From the IMG/VR virus record IMGVR_UViG_3300021255_001555, positions 6,845-70,844 of that record: 64,000 nt of DNA. One strand, written 5' to 3'. The stretch's first letter is position 1, and the number at the start of each line of letters is the position of its first letter. Below the pieces are notes generated by a model. It saw only the letters and a list, made by a program, of their open reading frames with translations. It ran no database searches and was not told the DNA's origin. This document shows positions 38,760-48,936 of this stretch, one piece after another. The stretch comes from a virus (Duplodnaviria > Caudoviricetes). The position numbers were made by a program, and so were the translations under genes.

Positions 38760-39555
38760 GTAGGTACTTCTCCACCTCGTTAGCTATTTTATCGCTTATT
38801 TTATCGGCTTCTTTTTGTCTTATCAGTGGACCGCTTTGCCTATTATCAATGAAGTTATAACCGAGAGCCTCTGATATTCTAAGGGACCCCGGATGGGATA
38901 CCTGTGGTTTACCATTAGCTAATCTACGCCGACTCTCAATTGGAAATGTTCCTTTTGCAACAGAAGAATGAGGAGTACCATCGATATCGGTATATCCACC
39001 GGGTCTTGAATAGATTCTTACTTCTCTATTAGTATCACGTTCTCTGCGATACTGTCTCATTTTCCTGTACTGTGTATACTCTTTACCATTTCTAGTAACC
39101 TTAATCTGCTGACGTTTTTTAACAGCATGACCATTACCATCAGTTATAAGAACATTTCTATAGGTTCCGCCTTTTCTGTAAGGGTTTTTTGAAGCGTACT
39201 GCTTCCAATAAATAGAGCGTTTAAAGTGGGCTCGTTGATAATTCAATGGAATTTCACGGTGCTGACTATCAAATAAACTTGTTAAGCCTTTGAGTAAACC
39301 GCTTCCGCTTCTATCGAATATACCGATACCCAAACCTTTACCAAACTCATCGGTCCACATACGCTGACCCCAAAAGGAAATCTGAATATAACTTCTATTA
39401 CCAGTGCCACCCTTGATTTCTACCTTGTGGTCATATTCACCAGCATCATTAGGGTGGACAGCCATGGCTTTCAGTTTTAATCCCTTGGCTCTTTTTTCAA
39501 GAACCTCTTTGAGTTCAGTGTTAATCATTAAGCCGAGTTCATCAAATGATTTCAT
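38746..39555 (-). CDS. neck / tail completion protein (putative)
   Basis: Position in the head-tail joining cluster; basic. Confidence 0.5.
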   Translation of the reverse strand: MKSFDELGLMINTELKEVLEKRAKGLKLKAMAVHPNDAGEYDHKVEIKGGTGNRSYIQISFWGQRMWTDEFGKGLGIGIFDRSGSGLLKGLTSLFDSQHREIPLNYQRAHFKRSIYWKQYASKNPYRKGGTYRNVLITDGNGHAVKKRQQIKVTRNGKEYTQYRKMRQYRRERDTNREVRIYSRPGGYTDIDGTPHSSVAKGTFPIESRRRLANGKPQVSHPGSLRISEALGYNFIDNRQSGPLIRQKEADKISDKIANEVEKYLHDLF

Positions 39556-40127
39556 TCTCTCGCATCCTCACTTACTTGGATAACCCATACATCACGGTAT
39601 TTATCCTTGGCGATATCGTCTATCTGGAAATTACCATCGTCTGACTTTATCCGTTGCATAGCTTTGATTCGAGGGTCAGGTTGTACGAAGAATTTACGTA
39701 CAAGCTGTGGTTGAAAACCTGCATCATAGAAGAATATCCTTGAGCGAACATCTTCACAATATGCAGGAACCTGTTGAAGCACTGGAACTTCTTTGGTTCC
39801 AACTTTTCTATGGTTCTTATCCAGTACCTTTTCAATGCTGACAATATCAATGTGTGAGTTAATACGCTTACCTTGCATAGATACGCAGTCAGCACCGATC
39901 TGCTTTGCAACAATAATGAACTGGTCAGGGTTCTCGTGGTCAATGCGAGTAACCAAGTCTCCGTTGACAATCTTTGTACCCAGTGGTGTGATAATGTTTT
40001 TATGGTCAGAAATGGTGTATGGGTTCTGTGTCTTACCACGGCGAAGCATTAAACCAAGTTCAGTAAAGCCACGCTCACAATATAGTCTTTCCATTCTGTC
40101 GTCATAAAATTCCAATACGCTACTCAC
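39552..40127 (-). CDS. head closure / stopper protein (putative)
   Basis: Position; beta-rich. Confidence 0.55.
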   Translation of the reverse strand: MSSVLEFYDDRMERLYCERGFTELGLMLRRGKTQNPYTISDHKNIITPLGTKIVNGDLVTRIDHENPDQFIIVAKQIGADCVSMQGKRINSHIDIVSIEKVLDKNHRKVGTKEVPVLQQVPAYCEDVRSRIFFYDAGFQPQLVRKFFVQPDPRIKAMQRIKSDDGNFQIDDIAKDKYRDVWVIQVSEDARE

Positions 40128-40684
40128 TGGATTTCAACTCCTCTCAACATTACCTTGATTTCTTCGGTGAATACGCCTTCGTCTGCAAGTGTAACCTTGA
40201 TATCATAGTCATCACGCATCTTCCAACGCATGACACCGCCCATCTGCTTGATATTACAAGCGAGCATCCCACAGGCACGTTTGAGTTGTTCTGGTAATTC
40301 GTCGTATCCGCAGGTGTATGTTACTTGTAACTTCTTAGGAACCTTGCGGAACATTAACTCTCGTGGCATATGGAATGTGTAATACAATGAGTGGTCATCG
40401 TCGAACTCAAGGCAACTTACTGGTAATTCAATTTTTTGCTCACCGAAAATACTTTTGACATCCGCAATGATTTTATCAATTGAGATGCGAGGAAAGTGAT
40501 TCAGCTTACCTCGGAGCTCATCGGATTTCCATTTAATTTCAGTGCGTTCAACGTATTTCTGTGGCAGAAAACTTACACCCTTATAGGCATTAATGAGAGT
40601 AGTTGCAGCTTCTACGTGATCCATTGTCACACCAGAAACCAGACCGCAGTACAACGGTATTTCACTCTCTTTTAAATAACTCAT
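40124..40684 (-). CDS. head-tail adaptor protein
   Basis: YLKESE...VTYTCGYDELPEQLKRACGML adaptor pattern. Confidence 0.75.
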   Translation of the reverse strand: MSYLKESEIPLYCGLVSGVTMDHVEAATTLINAYKGVSFLPQKYVERTEIKWKSDELRGKLNHFPRISIDKIIADVKSIFGEQKIELPVSCLEFDDDHSLYYTFHMPRELMFRKVPKKLQVTYTCGYDELPEQLKRACGMLACNIKQMGGVMRWKMRDDYDIKVTLADEGVFTEEIKVMLRGVEIQ

Positions 40685-40890
40685 TTTACATAATCCTTTA
40701 TAGCCTCTACATCTTCCTCTGGAACAGCAATCTTACCATCAATAACATTGATGAGCTTACCGTTTACAATGAAGCTAGTGTAGCGGCTGTCCTTTACTTC
40801 AAAGACATTCTTCTGTGGTTTCACCGCTTTAGCAGGTGCCTCCACAACTTCTTCTACCTTGTTCTCAAGGTCTTCTCTCTTTTTAGCCAT
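40681..40890 (-). CDS. small hypothetical virion-associated protein
   Basis: ORF with RBS between the capsid and adaptor genes. Confidence 0.55.
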   Translation of the reverse strand: MAKKREDLENKVEEVVEAPAKAVKPQKNVFEVKDSRYTSFIVNGKLINVIDGKIAVPEEDVEAIKDYVK

Positions 40891-40913
40891 CTACATTCTC
40901 CTTGTAATAAAAA

Positions 40914-40934
40914 GGAGGGGCAAGAAGCCCCTCA
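40914..40934 (-). terminator. intrinsic terminator after the capsid gene
   Basis: GAGGGGC/GCCCCTC-type hairpin with T run on the minus strand. Confidence 0.65.
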
Positions 40935-41957
40935 TTAAACTTCCAGAGTCAACATGAAGTGAGCACCAGTCTGAGCACCGTGTACGATGTAGTTTGCAAA
41001 GTCAAGCACAAACTTATCAGTGAGCAGTGCATCGTTAGCCAGTGGGGTATCAGGGTTAGCTACCTCATAGGTTACTGGACCATCATTGAACATCCAAATC
41101 TTATCAATCATAGAAGTGTTGAGTGCAACAATCTTATGAGTGGTCTTGTTAGTGTCGCTGTCAAGAACTGGCTTAATGAATGGAGTCAATACGATTGGCA
41201 GGATACCCATTGGAGTATAGAAGCCCGGCACAGTAATGCCCGGAATTACCTCAACATCGATTGGTCTACGATAGAGGTCACGGTCCTGCTCCTGCTTAAT
41301 CAGAATGTCATAGGTTGCAGGGTTCATGCAGATTACATCAGGGTAATTGCTGTAGTCAAGGCGAGCCATGAGGGAAGCAATCTTGGTAGTGAGTGCATCT
41401 GCAATCTTGGTGCCACCAGTGATTGGAGTAATATCAGTAATCTGATTCAGTACACCGCAGTAAGTCAGGTCATTATCAGTAGTACCACTGAGAGTACCAG
41501 TGCCGTTCCAGAAATCATTGGAGGTAGTACGAGCGAAGTCAACGAACATATCATTGTAATCCTTTGCAATCATGTCCTCGAAGGAACCATAATTCTCCTC
41601 CATCTTACGGTCGAAGAAGTCATAGCGAATACCAGTTGCATAAAGACGGGCAAACGCCTGAGACCAATTGTCACGGTCATAGTTTGCATTGAGGGTAGTT
41701 GGGCGATAAGAAGGATTTGCCGCAGTACCAAAGCCCTTACGTGGGTCAATAGCCTGAGTGTTCTGCGGAATAGCCTTCTGCTCATTCCATACGTGTGGAT
41801 ATCCAGATGCCTTGACACTGTTTACCTTGAAGGTCAGTGCAAAGTCACGCTTCAAATAATCTTTCAGTACGTGGTCAAAATCACCAACTACGAGAATATG
41901 ACCCTCGTCATAAATCTGCATAGGATTGGCTGTAGCTTTATATAATTCTCTTGCCAT
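40935..41957 (-). CDS. major capsid protein (HK97 fold, inferred)
   Basis: Follows protease/scaffold; 340 aa; own RBS and terminator; PDVICMNPATY. Confidence 0.85.
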   Translation of the reverse strand: MARELYKATANPMQIYDEGHILVVGDFDHVLKDYLKRDFALTFKVNSVKASGYPHVWNEQKAIPQNTQAIDPRKGFGTAANPSYRPTTLNANYDRDNWSQAFARLYATGIRYDFFDRKMEENYGSFEDMIAKDYNDMFVDFARTTSNDFWNGTGTLSGTTDNDLTYCGVLNQITDITPITGGTKIADALTTKIASLMARLDYSNYPDVICMNPATYDILIKQEQDRDLYRRPIDVEVIPGITVPGFYTPMGILPIVLTPFIKPVLDSDTNKTTHKIVALNTSMIDKIWMFNDGPVTYEVANPDTPLANDALLTDKFVLDFANYIVHGAQTGAHFMLTLEV

Positions 41958-41993
41958 TTATACATCATCCTTTCAATAAAAAAGACAGGGTAA

Positions 41994-43016
41994 TTATGCC
42001 CTGCCGTTCTTTGCCTTTGCGATTGCCTTGAGCTTCTCAAAGTTGCTCATGGAACTTGCATTAATCTTTTCAATTTCTGCCTTGAGCTTTGCGTCTTTGT
42101 CATCTTCAAGGTTTGGATTCTCAGCAACCTGCTGACCAGCCTTTGGGGTTGGAATTACTGGCTGTGCAATGCCAGCCTTGATTTCCTCAAGCTCTGCCTT
42201 TACTTTCTCAAGCTCATCAGATGGGAGATTCTTAACACCCTCTGCGGATGCCTTGAGGTCATTAATAAACTGACCCTGTTCATCAAGCTGTGCCTTCATC
42301 TGCTCGAAGGATTCCTTGAGTTCTGCCATAGCACCAATAGCTTCCTTGAGTTCATCAAGAACTTCAGCGGATGCCTTCAGTTCCTCACTGATTCTGTTAA
42401 TGTTTTCTGCCTGAACTTCATTTTCTGCCTTGATGAGTTCAGAGACTTCCTGCTTCATTTCCTTGTCCATTCGTTTATCACTCCTATTTGCTGCTATTTT
42501 CTCGATGAATGTCTGGGAGAACGCTGCTGTGCTGCTCCAAAGCATTGCACAACCTACGCCTTCAAACTCATCAATGTATTGAATGTTATTCTTGTCATCC
42601 TCATGGGTTGCTGTTGGATACATCTCAACACTAAAACCCAGAGCGTCCATTGCATTTACTGTTAGCTCTGCTAACCATGGATACTTCTCTTTCCAAAGAA
42701 CAATCTCAGCCATGATATTGTCATCTTTAACCTTGATTTTTCTAAGGTAACCAATCGTTGTATTGCCATGCCCACTAAGAATTGCTTCAGAAGGAAGCCA
42801 TTCTGCTTCAGGGAGAACACAGTTTAATGGCATACCTTCAAAGGTCTTACCACACTTCTCCACAGATTCAGGAGTAAACACAATAAAATAACCCCCTGCA
42901 CCGCAAGGGGAACCTGTGCTTGCCTCGCCAACTTTAGCGATGCAACCAGTGATTATCATTTTATTCTTCTCTTTACTTAGAGATATATTACTAAGTGATG
43001 CTTTAATTGGGTCCAC
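41994..43016 (-). CDS. prohead protease / scaffold fusion
   Basis: N-terminal protease-like domain (SGH..IG...GFSVE) and acidic coiled-coil C-terminus. Confidence 0.75.
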   Translation of the reverse strand: MDPIKASLSNISLSKEKNKMIITGCIAKVGEASTGSPCGAGGYFIVFTPESVEKCGKTFEGMPLNCVLPEAEWLPSEAILSGHGNTTIGYLRKIKVKDDNIMAEIVLWKEKYPWLAELTVNAMDALGFSVEMYPTATHEDDKNNIQYIDEFEGVGCAMLWSSTAAFSQTFIEKIAANRSDKRMDKEMKQEVSELIKAENEVQAENINRISEELKASAEVLDELKEAIGAMAELKESFEQMKAQLDEQGQFINDLKASAEGVKNLPSDELEKVKAELEEIKAGIAQPVIPTPKAGQQVAENPNLEDDKDAKLKAEIEKINASSMSNFEKLKAIAKAKNGRA

Positions 43017-44306
43017 TTAATCACCACCCTTCTCACTCGTATCTTTAACTGTACCAACGCCATTGAATCCCCCGGCTATACCTAGATCTACGTTAATAGA
43101 CGCAGTTTTCTCAGGGTATGTCATGTCGGCATAGTTACTATCACTGATGTTATATCCCATCTTTTCGCGGAACTCATTCTCTGTAATGGCACCGCGATAG
43201 TATTCCTCAATCATTCTCTTGGACTTCATAGACTTCAATGATTCAGAATCCTCGTACATCAGACGGAACCTCAGTATACCTTCAAAGCCCAACTTCTTTA
43301 TAACATATGTATTAATCAAGTTTTCATACATATTTGCATAAGGCTTAATAAGGTCTTGCATTACGATGTTCTCTTGGTCTTCACCAGTTGAACGGTCATT
43401 GGCTATCATTATGCCCAACTTTTCAGGTGGTAATCCAAAAGCTACACCGATGATAGTAGTAAGGAATTCCTGCCATTTTAAATAGGACATCTCACCGAGA
43501 CCAGAACGAATCTGCTTGGTTTCAATTTCAGTACCATTGATAACAGGGATACGTCCTGTCCCCTCAATTTCCTCTTTGAAATACTGGATGAACCTTTCTC
43601 TTTCATCTGCACTTACATCGAGCAGGTCAATGATATAATCTGCTGTGTTGTTGGTAGCCTTGGTATTACTCTGACTTAACGCATCAAGATAATACTTGAT
43701 ATAGTTATACGCACACATCACCGGGCTTAAACCGTAAGGTTGATAGGTAAAGTATGAACGCTGTAAGTATGCAACTTCATTCGCTGTAAAGTATTTGTTC
43801 CCATCGGTCTGCTGTTGAACATACCGAGCTGCATTAGGATCAGAGTAATCATAAGGAACAACGTGTTTAATTGTTGCCCCATCGATTGGGTAAAGGTACA
43901 GTGGGTGACTAGGGTCATCTGCCTGTGCTACTTCAACTGTAAGTGCATCGAGAACCAGTGCATCATCGAAGATTCTCTTAACAAACGATTCTCTCCTATC
44001 GATTACATTAGGGTTCTCTATAATGTTTTTCACTACTGCTATCTGCCTTGTACACTTGCCACGCCCACCGATTACCTCGATAACATAGTCCTGCCTTGCC
44101 AGAGCATCTTGTACTATGGTAATGGCTTTGCGTACAATAGGTTCTCTGGAGAAATTTCTTAACTGAATTACCGAAGGGTTCTTTGGTAAGACAGTCTTTC
44201 TTTTTACATCCTTTGGTAACCAAGACATATATCTATCTGTAGGTAGAAGTTTCATTTCTGGCGGAGCAAGAACAGAGGCTAGATATTTTCTTACATTGCT
44301 AAACAA
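43017..44306 (-). CDS. portal protein
   Basis: LYPIDG, PYGLSPV, AFGLPPEKLG portal motifs; TTG start after AGGGGTGA. Confidence 0.9.
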   Translation of the reverse strand: MFSNVRKYLASVLAPPEMKLLPTDRYMSWLPKDVKRKTVLPKNPSVIQLRNFSREPIVRKAITIVQDALARQDYVIEVIGGRGKCTRQIAVVKNIIENPNVIDRRESFVKRIFDDALVLDALTVEVAQADDPSHPLYLYPIDGATIKHVVPYDYSDPNAARYVQQQTDGNKYFTANEVAYLQRSYFTYQPYGLSPVMCAYNYIKYYLDALSQSNTKATNNTADYIIDLLDVSADERERFIQYFKEEIEGTGRIPVINGTEIETKQIRSGLGEMSYLKWQEFLTTIIGVAFGLPPEKLGIMIANDRSTGEDQENIVMQDLIKPYANMYENLINTYVIKKLGFEGILRFRLMYEDSESLKSMKSKRMIEEYYRGAITENEFREKMGYNISDSNYADMTYPEKTASINVDLGIAGGFNGVGTVKDTSEKGGD

Positions 44307-44336
44307 TTTCTCACCCCTCTCTGTTTTTGCTTTCAT

Positions 44337-44369
44337 ATATAATGTCAAAAATGTGGGAAAAATATTCCA
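44337..44369 (-). promoter_or_regulatory. putative phage late promoter, copy 2
   Basis: TGGAATATTTT-N12-GACATTATAT just upstream of portal. Confidence 0.6.
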
Positions 44370-44408
44370 TTATTTTTTCATTGATTACTGTAATACCAAT
44401 GCTTAACG

Positions 44409-45950
44409 TTACTTCAGTAAGCTACCAAGTTTGCTGATAAAGGAGTTATTGTCCTTATCCTTTTCTCCAATGGAACCAAAGCCAAACTTATTGTTACCAT
44501 TGAGAAGCAGTTCCCTCATGCACATCGCAAGGGTATCTGGGGCATCATCGTGTCCCTTTGGATAATTCTTTAACTGTCCAAGGAGAATCTTTTGCGACTC
44601 CTTGAATTTAATATATCCATTCTTTATATGTGGAACTAAGCTCTCAATACGGCTTGACTTCTTATCACCAGTGGTATGACATACTTCCACCCAGTCGATG
44701 TAGATACCAGCGTTTACCATGTCACGCTGTAAGGTACTAGCAAAGAACGACTGGAACTGATTGGTCTCAACAATAACCTTCGGGTGATACTTATAGTATT
44801 TGGCTATGATATTCTTTGCATCTTCAATGAGTCTATCTGGGCTTCTTCGTTGTGCATCCGCTTCTAATACATAGAAGTAACCATTCTTTGCCCGTGCTAC
44901 CGCGAGAACTACACTGTAGTCATTGTTCCTCTTTTTCTTAGCAGCAGGGTCAATAGCGATAACAACTTCCTTTATCTCCGGTTCATCAATGTAGAAATTG
45001 TCTTCAAGCCAAGCTGTTTTGAATACACGGGTCTTCTCTGTCTGTGGATCATTCATATACTCAGAAGCAAAGCCTTCCTCACTGGCAATCCTACGTTCCA
45101 TTAAATGCTTGTACATATCAGGACGCTGACCTTCCCATAGGACCTCAGTGCCTTTCAGCATTTCATCTTTGTGTTCTTTATAGAAAGCCACACTGTCTTC
45201 ATATGCGGTATCACCACGTTCAAGGTCAGTAATAATGTCTTCCCACTCTAACCACAAAGGACTCTCGGAAAACTTAATGACAGCTTGGAATCTCTTGCGT
45301 GTCCATGAACTGTAGTTACTCTTGGTAAGCATATGATACAGTAGACTTTCATAGGAAAGCACTGTGCCAATGTAAAAGAAGTCTACTGTCGGACAACCTA
45401 CTGGCATAACATCGGATTCAAACCATGTTTCCAGTGCGTCAGTCTGTGCTACGCTCTTGACCTGCTCCGGGGTCTCAAGGTCATCAAGGATAACAGTGTC
45501 AGGACGTGTGCCATTAAAGTTCAAACCACGGAGCTGTGTCCCTGCTGACTTGCTTGTAATGAACACTTTGTTGGTTGTAAAGAGTTCAGTGTTGTTCCAC
45601 ATATCCTCACTCTTGAGTGAACCAAAGTCTGCACGAATTTTTTCATTGTATTCCAATGTATTGCGAATGTTTATCAAGAATTGCTTTGCAACTGTTGTAG
45701 TTGCAGAGATAATTACAATAAACTTCTTATAGTTGTACACTGTAAGCCAGATGACATAAGCATAGGTTGTCAAGGTAGACTTAGCGTGACCACGGGGTGC
45801 AGCTACTACAGTACGGGTTTCTTCATCGGTATGGTTAAGGGTAATATCAGTGAGTTTATCAATGAGCCATCCATGGAACTCGGTACTCCATGAGCTAGGG
45901 AAAAGAGTCTGAGAGGTAATACTCACAGAACAACTTGAAGTCCGTAGCAC
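44409..45950 (-). CDS. terL: terminase large subunit
   Basis: Walker A APRGHAKST; Walker B VILDDLE; IGT coupling motif; nuclease AIDPA...DYS...HDDAPD. Confidence 0.95.
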   Translation of the reverse strand: MLRTSSCSVSITSQTLFPSSWSTEFHGWLIDKLTDITLNHTDEETRTVVAAPRGHAKSTLTTYAYVIWLTVYNYKKFIVIISATTTVAKQFLINIRNTLEYNEKIRADFGSLKSEDMWNNTELFTTNKVFITSKSAGTQLRGLNFNGTRPDTVILDDLETPEQVKSVAQTDALETWFESDVMPVGCPTVDFFYIGTVLSYESLLYHMLTKSNYSSWTRKRFQAVIKFSESPLWLEWEDIITDLERGDTAYEDSVAFYKEHKDEMLKGTEVLWEGQRPDMYKHLMERRIASEEGFASEYMNDPQTEKTRVFKTAWLEDNFYIDEPEIKEVVIAIDPAAKKKRNNDYSVVLAVARAKNGYFYVLEADAQRRSPDRLIEDAKNIIAKYYKYHPKVIVETNQFQSFFASTLQRDMVNAGIYIDWVEVCHTTGDKKSSRIESLVPHIKNGYIKFKESQKILLGQLKNYPKGHDDAPDTLAMCMRELLLNGNNKFGFGSIGEKDKDNNSFISKLGSLLK

Positions 45951-46025
45951 ACTTGTCTTTCATGGAACCAGTGGTAGCATCCTTACGTAATTTGTTACCA
46001 AAGATTTCTCTCATTATCTCAGACA

Positions 46026-46952
46026 TTATGCCACCTCGTATTTCTCTATATGCTCACATAACTTCCAATAGCGTTCATCAGAAAAGAATGGTTGAGCGTG
46101 ATACCATGTCTGCATATGCTGACGTAACTTACTTCCGTTGCACTCCTTACAAGCAGGAACAATATTACCAATTAAATCAACCTTGTCTGGGTCTGTCTTT
46201 GCAAGGGTATTCTGCGGAATGATATGTTCAGGAATGAGTATACCCTTTTTGCCACAGTAAGCACAAGAATTGTTAAACTCTTTCTTTATTTTCTCCCACT
46301 CAACTGAATTACCGAATACTCCATTGAGTGACACCAGATGTCCCCGTGGGTTGACAGTGATAATCCCTGTTTCCAGTCCTGCTACTAATTCCTGCAATGC
46401 TTCCATTGGTATGTTCATTAAAATCCATTCTCTTACAGTGATACTTATACTGTCACTATAGGGAACTTTCACTCCAAACCAGTCACCTATCTGGTCATAG
46501 AATGTACGTACACGGTCAATGCCAGTACACTGCTTCCATCGGGTGACAAGGTTTTCAAAGGTATAGCGTGGATTGACACATGGTTTCACTACGCCGGACT
46601 GTGTAAGTAGTATCTGTAATTCCTTGATGGTTTCCGTCTGTTTGTTAATGGTATCAATGAGTCCATTGGTTATTCCATTCTCAAACATAGACAGGTACTC
46701 AAGTTTCTTATGTAACGCATAGCTTCCCGTGAATCCCATAGTAACAAGAAAAAAACCGTCACGACCCATAAGGTACTGACGGTATTCTCTGCCTCGCAAG
46801 GTGTATGTACTCTCAACAAATAGCTGCGAAGTCACCTTGCGATTGTTTATTGTTTTAATGATGTTATCAATGGCAGACAGCACGTGTTTATGCTGCTTGC
46901 CGAAGTCTTCTGCTATATCCACACTGGATACAACGGTATCAGTATTACTCAT
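46026..46952 (-). CDS. Rha-family N-terminal domain fused to an HNH endonuclease
   Basis: SSVDIAEDFGKQHKHVL...YLMGRDGFFLVTMGFTG (Rha); CAYCG...EHIIP...NIVPACKECNGSK (HNH). Confidence 0.85.
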   Translation of the reverse strand: MSNTDTVVSSVDIAEDFGKQHKHVLSAIDNIIKTINNRKVTSQLFVESTYTLRGREYRQYLMGRDGFFLVTMGFTGSYALHKKLEYLSMFENGITNGLIDTINKQTETIKELQILLTQSGVVKPCVNPRYTFENLVTRWKQCTGIDRVRTFYDQIGDWFGVKVPYSDSISITVREWILMNIPMEALQELVAGLETGIITVNPRGHLVSLNGVFGNSVEWEKIKKEFNNSCAYCGKKGILIPEHIIPQNTLAKTDPDKVDLIGNIVPACKECNGSKLRQHMQTWYHAQPFFSDERYWKLCEHIEKYEVA

Positions 46953-47079
46953 CGGTTCTTCGCATTAAATATCTCCTTTTTAGCTTCTCTACGGTCATCC
47001 CGTTCTTTTACGTGTCTACGCAGGTCCTTACCACGTTTAATATGGCGAGGTCTACGTTCCTTTTCTGCGAGCGACATAA

Positions 47080-47376
47080 TCAGTCAACGTTAGCATTGCT
47101 ATTCAATTTCTTAACAATGCTATTCACAATTTCCATCTCGTCTTCACAGATAGTCGTGGACTGACTGTCACGCTCTGCTACTTCCTTGATATACTCAAGT
47201 TCAAGAGATGTGAAATCATTGTTGTAACCTTCGGTTGAAATCTCGAACTCATGTGGTTCGCCCAGCTTATGCCAAGCACCATCAACGTAGAATTCATTGA
47301 CAGACACGGTAAAAGTACCAGTACCAGTAGCGGTTACAACGCCATTCATTTTTACATTGTCATTAGTGTTAATCAT
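47080..47376 (-). CDS. hypothetical protein
   Basis: ORF with RBS in the packaging operon. Confidence 0.6.
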   Translation of the reverse strand: MINTNDNVKMNGVVTATGTGTFTVSVNEFYVDGAWHKLGEPHEFEISTEGYNNDFTSLELEYIKEVAERDSQSTTICEDEMEIVNSIVKKLNSNANVD

Positions 47377-47390
47377 TTAATTCATCCTTC

Positions 47391-48035
47391 CTATACATTG
47401 CTTGGAGCAATAGTCTTAAGGGTTTCACAGAGTATCGGGTCTTCACGTAGGACTGCCTTGATTTCCTCATAGTCTTCAGGTTTAACCTTGGTACTTATGA
47501 TTGCCATGATGGTTTCCATTGCTTTAGCAACGGTTTCATACTTATACACCTTCTCCTGCATCTCTCCAATGCTTGCAGATAGTGTCTGTATACGTAAACC
47601 AATTTTATCAAGGGAGCCTACGAGCTGACTTAGTTCACTCATCTTACATTTCATAGGGTCCTTATTGATTTCATCAAGGCGAACCTGTAGAGTCTCAAGG
47701 GTACTCTGCATGGTTTCAAGGAGTGTACAGTTTACATTGTATGTATTGACTGCCTCCATTTCAGATGTAGCTTCTATCGTTCCACCAAGTCCATGCTTTG
47801 CACACCAACGTACTATACTGTTGTAAGACAGGATATAACCATTGGGTGTCAGTTTATTTTCATTGATATACTCTGCTATCGCACGGTAACTATGTCCCTT
47901 CAAACGCATCTCACGGACAACCGATGTAAGATTGTATTGGTCTATCAATGAGATTCCCGGTCCCTCAAAGTGTGGACTCGTAGGTGTAGCTATGCGTGGC
48001 TTGATTGGTTTTGGATTTGGATTACCTTTTGCCAT
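47391..48035 (-). CDS. terminase small subunit (putative)
   Basis: First late gene; N-terminal HTH (GHSYRAIAEYI...IVRW) and coiled coil. Confidence 0.65.
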   Translation of the reverse strand: MAKGNPNPKPIKPRIATPTSPHFEGPGISLIDQYNLTSVVREMRLKGHSYRAIAEYINENKLTPNGYILSYNSIVRWCAKHGLGGTIEATSEMEAVNTYNVNCTLLETMQSTLETLQVRLDEINKDPMKCKMSELSQLVGSLDKIGLRIQTLSASIGEMQEKVYKYETVAKAMETIMAIISTKVKPEDYEEIKAVLREDPILCETLKTIAPSNV

Positions 48036-48039
48036 ATAG

Positions 48040-48340
48040 TCTCCTTTCTATAGTATTACAATGTATTTCTATGGTTTCCCTTAGTTCCTTCTATAGTATT
48101 ACTATGTATATCCTTAGTTCCTCTATAGTGTTCCTATGGTTGAGCCATGGATACTATACTCTTTGAACTTGCTTCGCAAGTTATCCTCCTTCGGAGGATA
48201 TAGTTTAATCATGGGAAGGTTTAGTTCTTTATAGTTCCTATGTTTTTAGCTATAGAATTTTCTATAGTTTAAACATAGAGTTCCATAGTATTACAATGTA
48301 TAACAATGTATTACTATAGAATAACTAAGTAATAACTAAA
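48040..48340. repeat. second AT-rich CTAT-repeat block
   Basis: Repeated CTATAG/CTATG words; contains the inverted copy of the 28267-28312 element. Confidence 0.7.
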
Positions 48341-48510
48341 CATCCATGAAGACAGACTGTTCCTCCACTTCTACTTTTTCTTTTCTTCTTTTTACTCAGA
48401 AGAAAATCAGGGAGAAAAAGCTAGCCTTACTGAGTCTGTCCATAGCGTTCCCTGATACTATAGCTATGACATACGACTCCAAAAAGAAAAGAAGAAAAAA
48501 GTGTCTTCAC

Positions 48511-48543
48511 ATATAATGTCAAAAATCCCGGAAAAATATTCCA
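48511..48543 (-). promoter_or_regulatory. putative phage late promoter, copy 3
   Basis: TGGAATATTTT-N12-GACATTATAT upstream of the terS operon. Confidence 0.6.
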
Positions 48544-48936
48544 TAAATTTTGGAATAATTTTATTTCGGGTAAGAAAAATGCACCCCGTTGATATTAACG
48601 TAGGGTGCTTTTGTATTTTGTTGGAATTCCAACATTATCCCATTGTTTGTTTCGTTGGCATTGGATGACGGTGTTTAAGCAAAGTTTTGAACTGTGTGAA
48701 CGTGGGATAACTGAGTCAAGCCCCCGTGTGTTAAAAAAAGTTGCCCGCTATTGGTACAGCAAAACGCACCCCAGTAGGCTTTATAGCCATAAAGTCAACA
48801 TTTTTTCAAAAAATTTTCCAGCAACCATTTTACAGTTTTTGACTTTTGGTGTGTAGTGAGGTCACAGCAAGCCCGACGGGGCAGGGCTGAAGTCATAAGA
48901 GAATATTAATAAACAGTACAAGAAAGGATGATTATT

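Noticed and set aside
40959-41945. 328-aa plus-strand ORF
   Set aside because: Antisense shadow of the major capsid gene, explained by its codon bias
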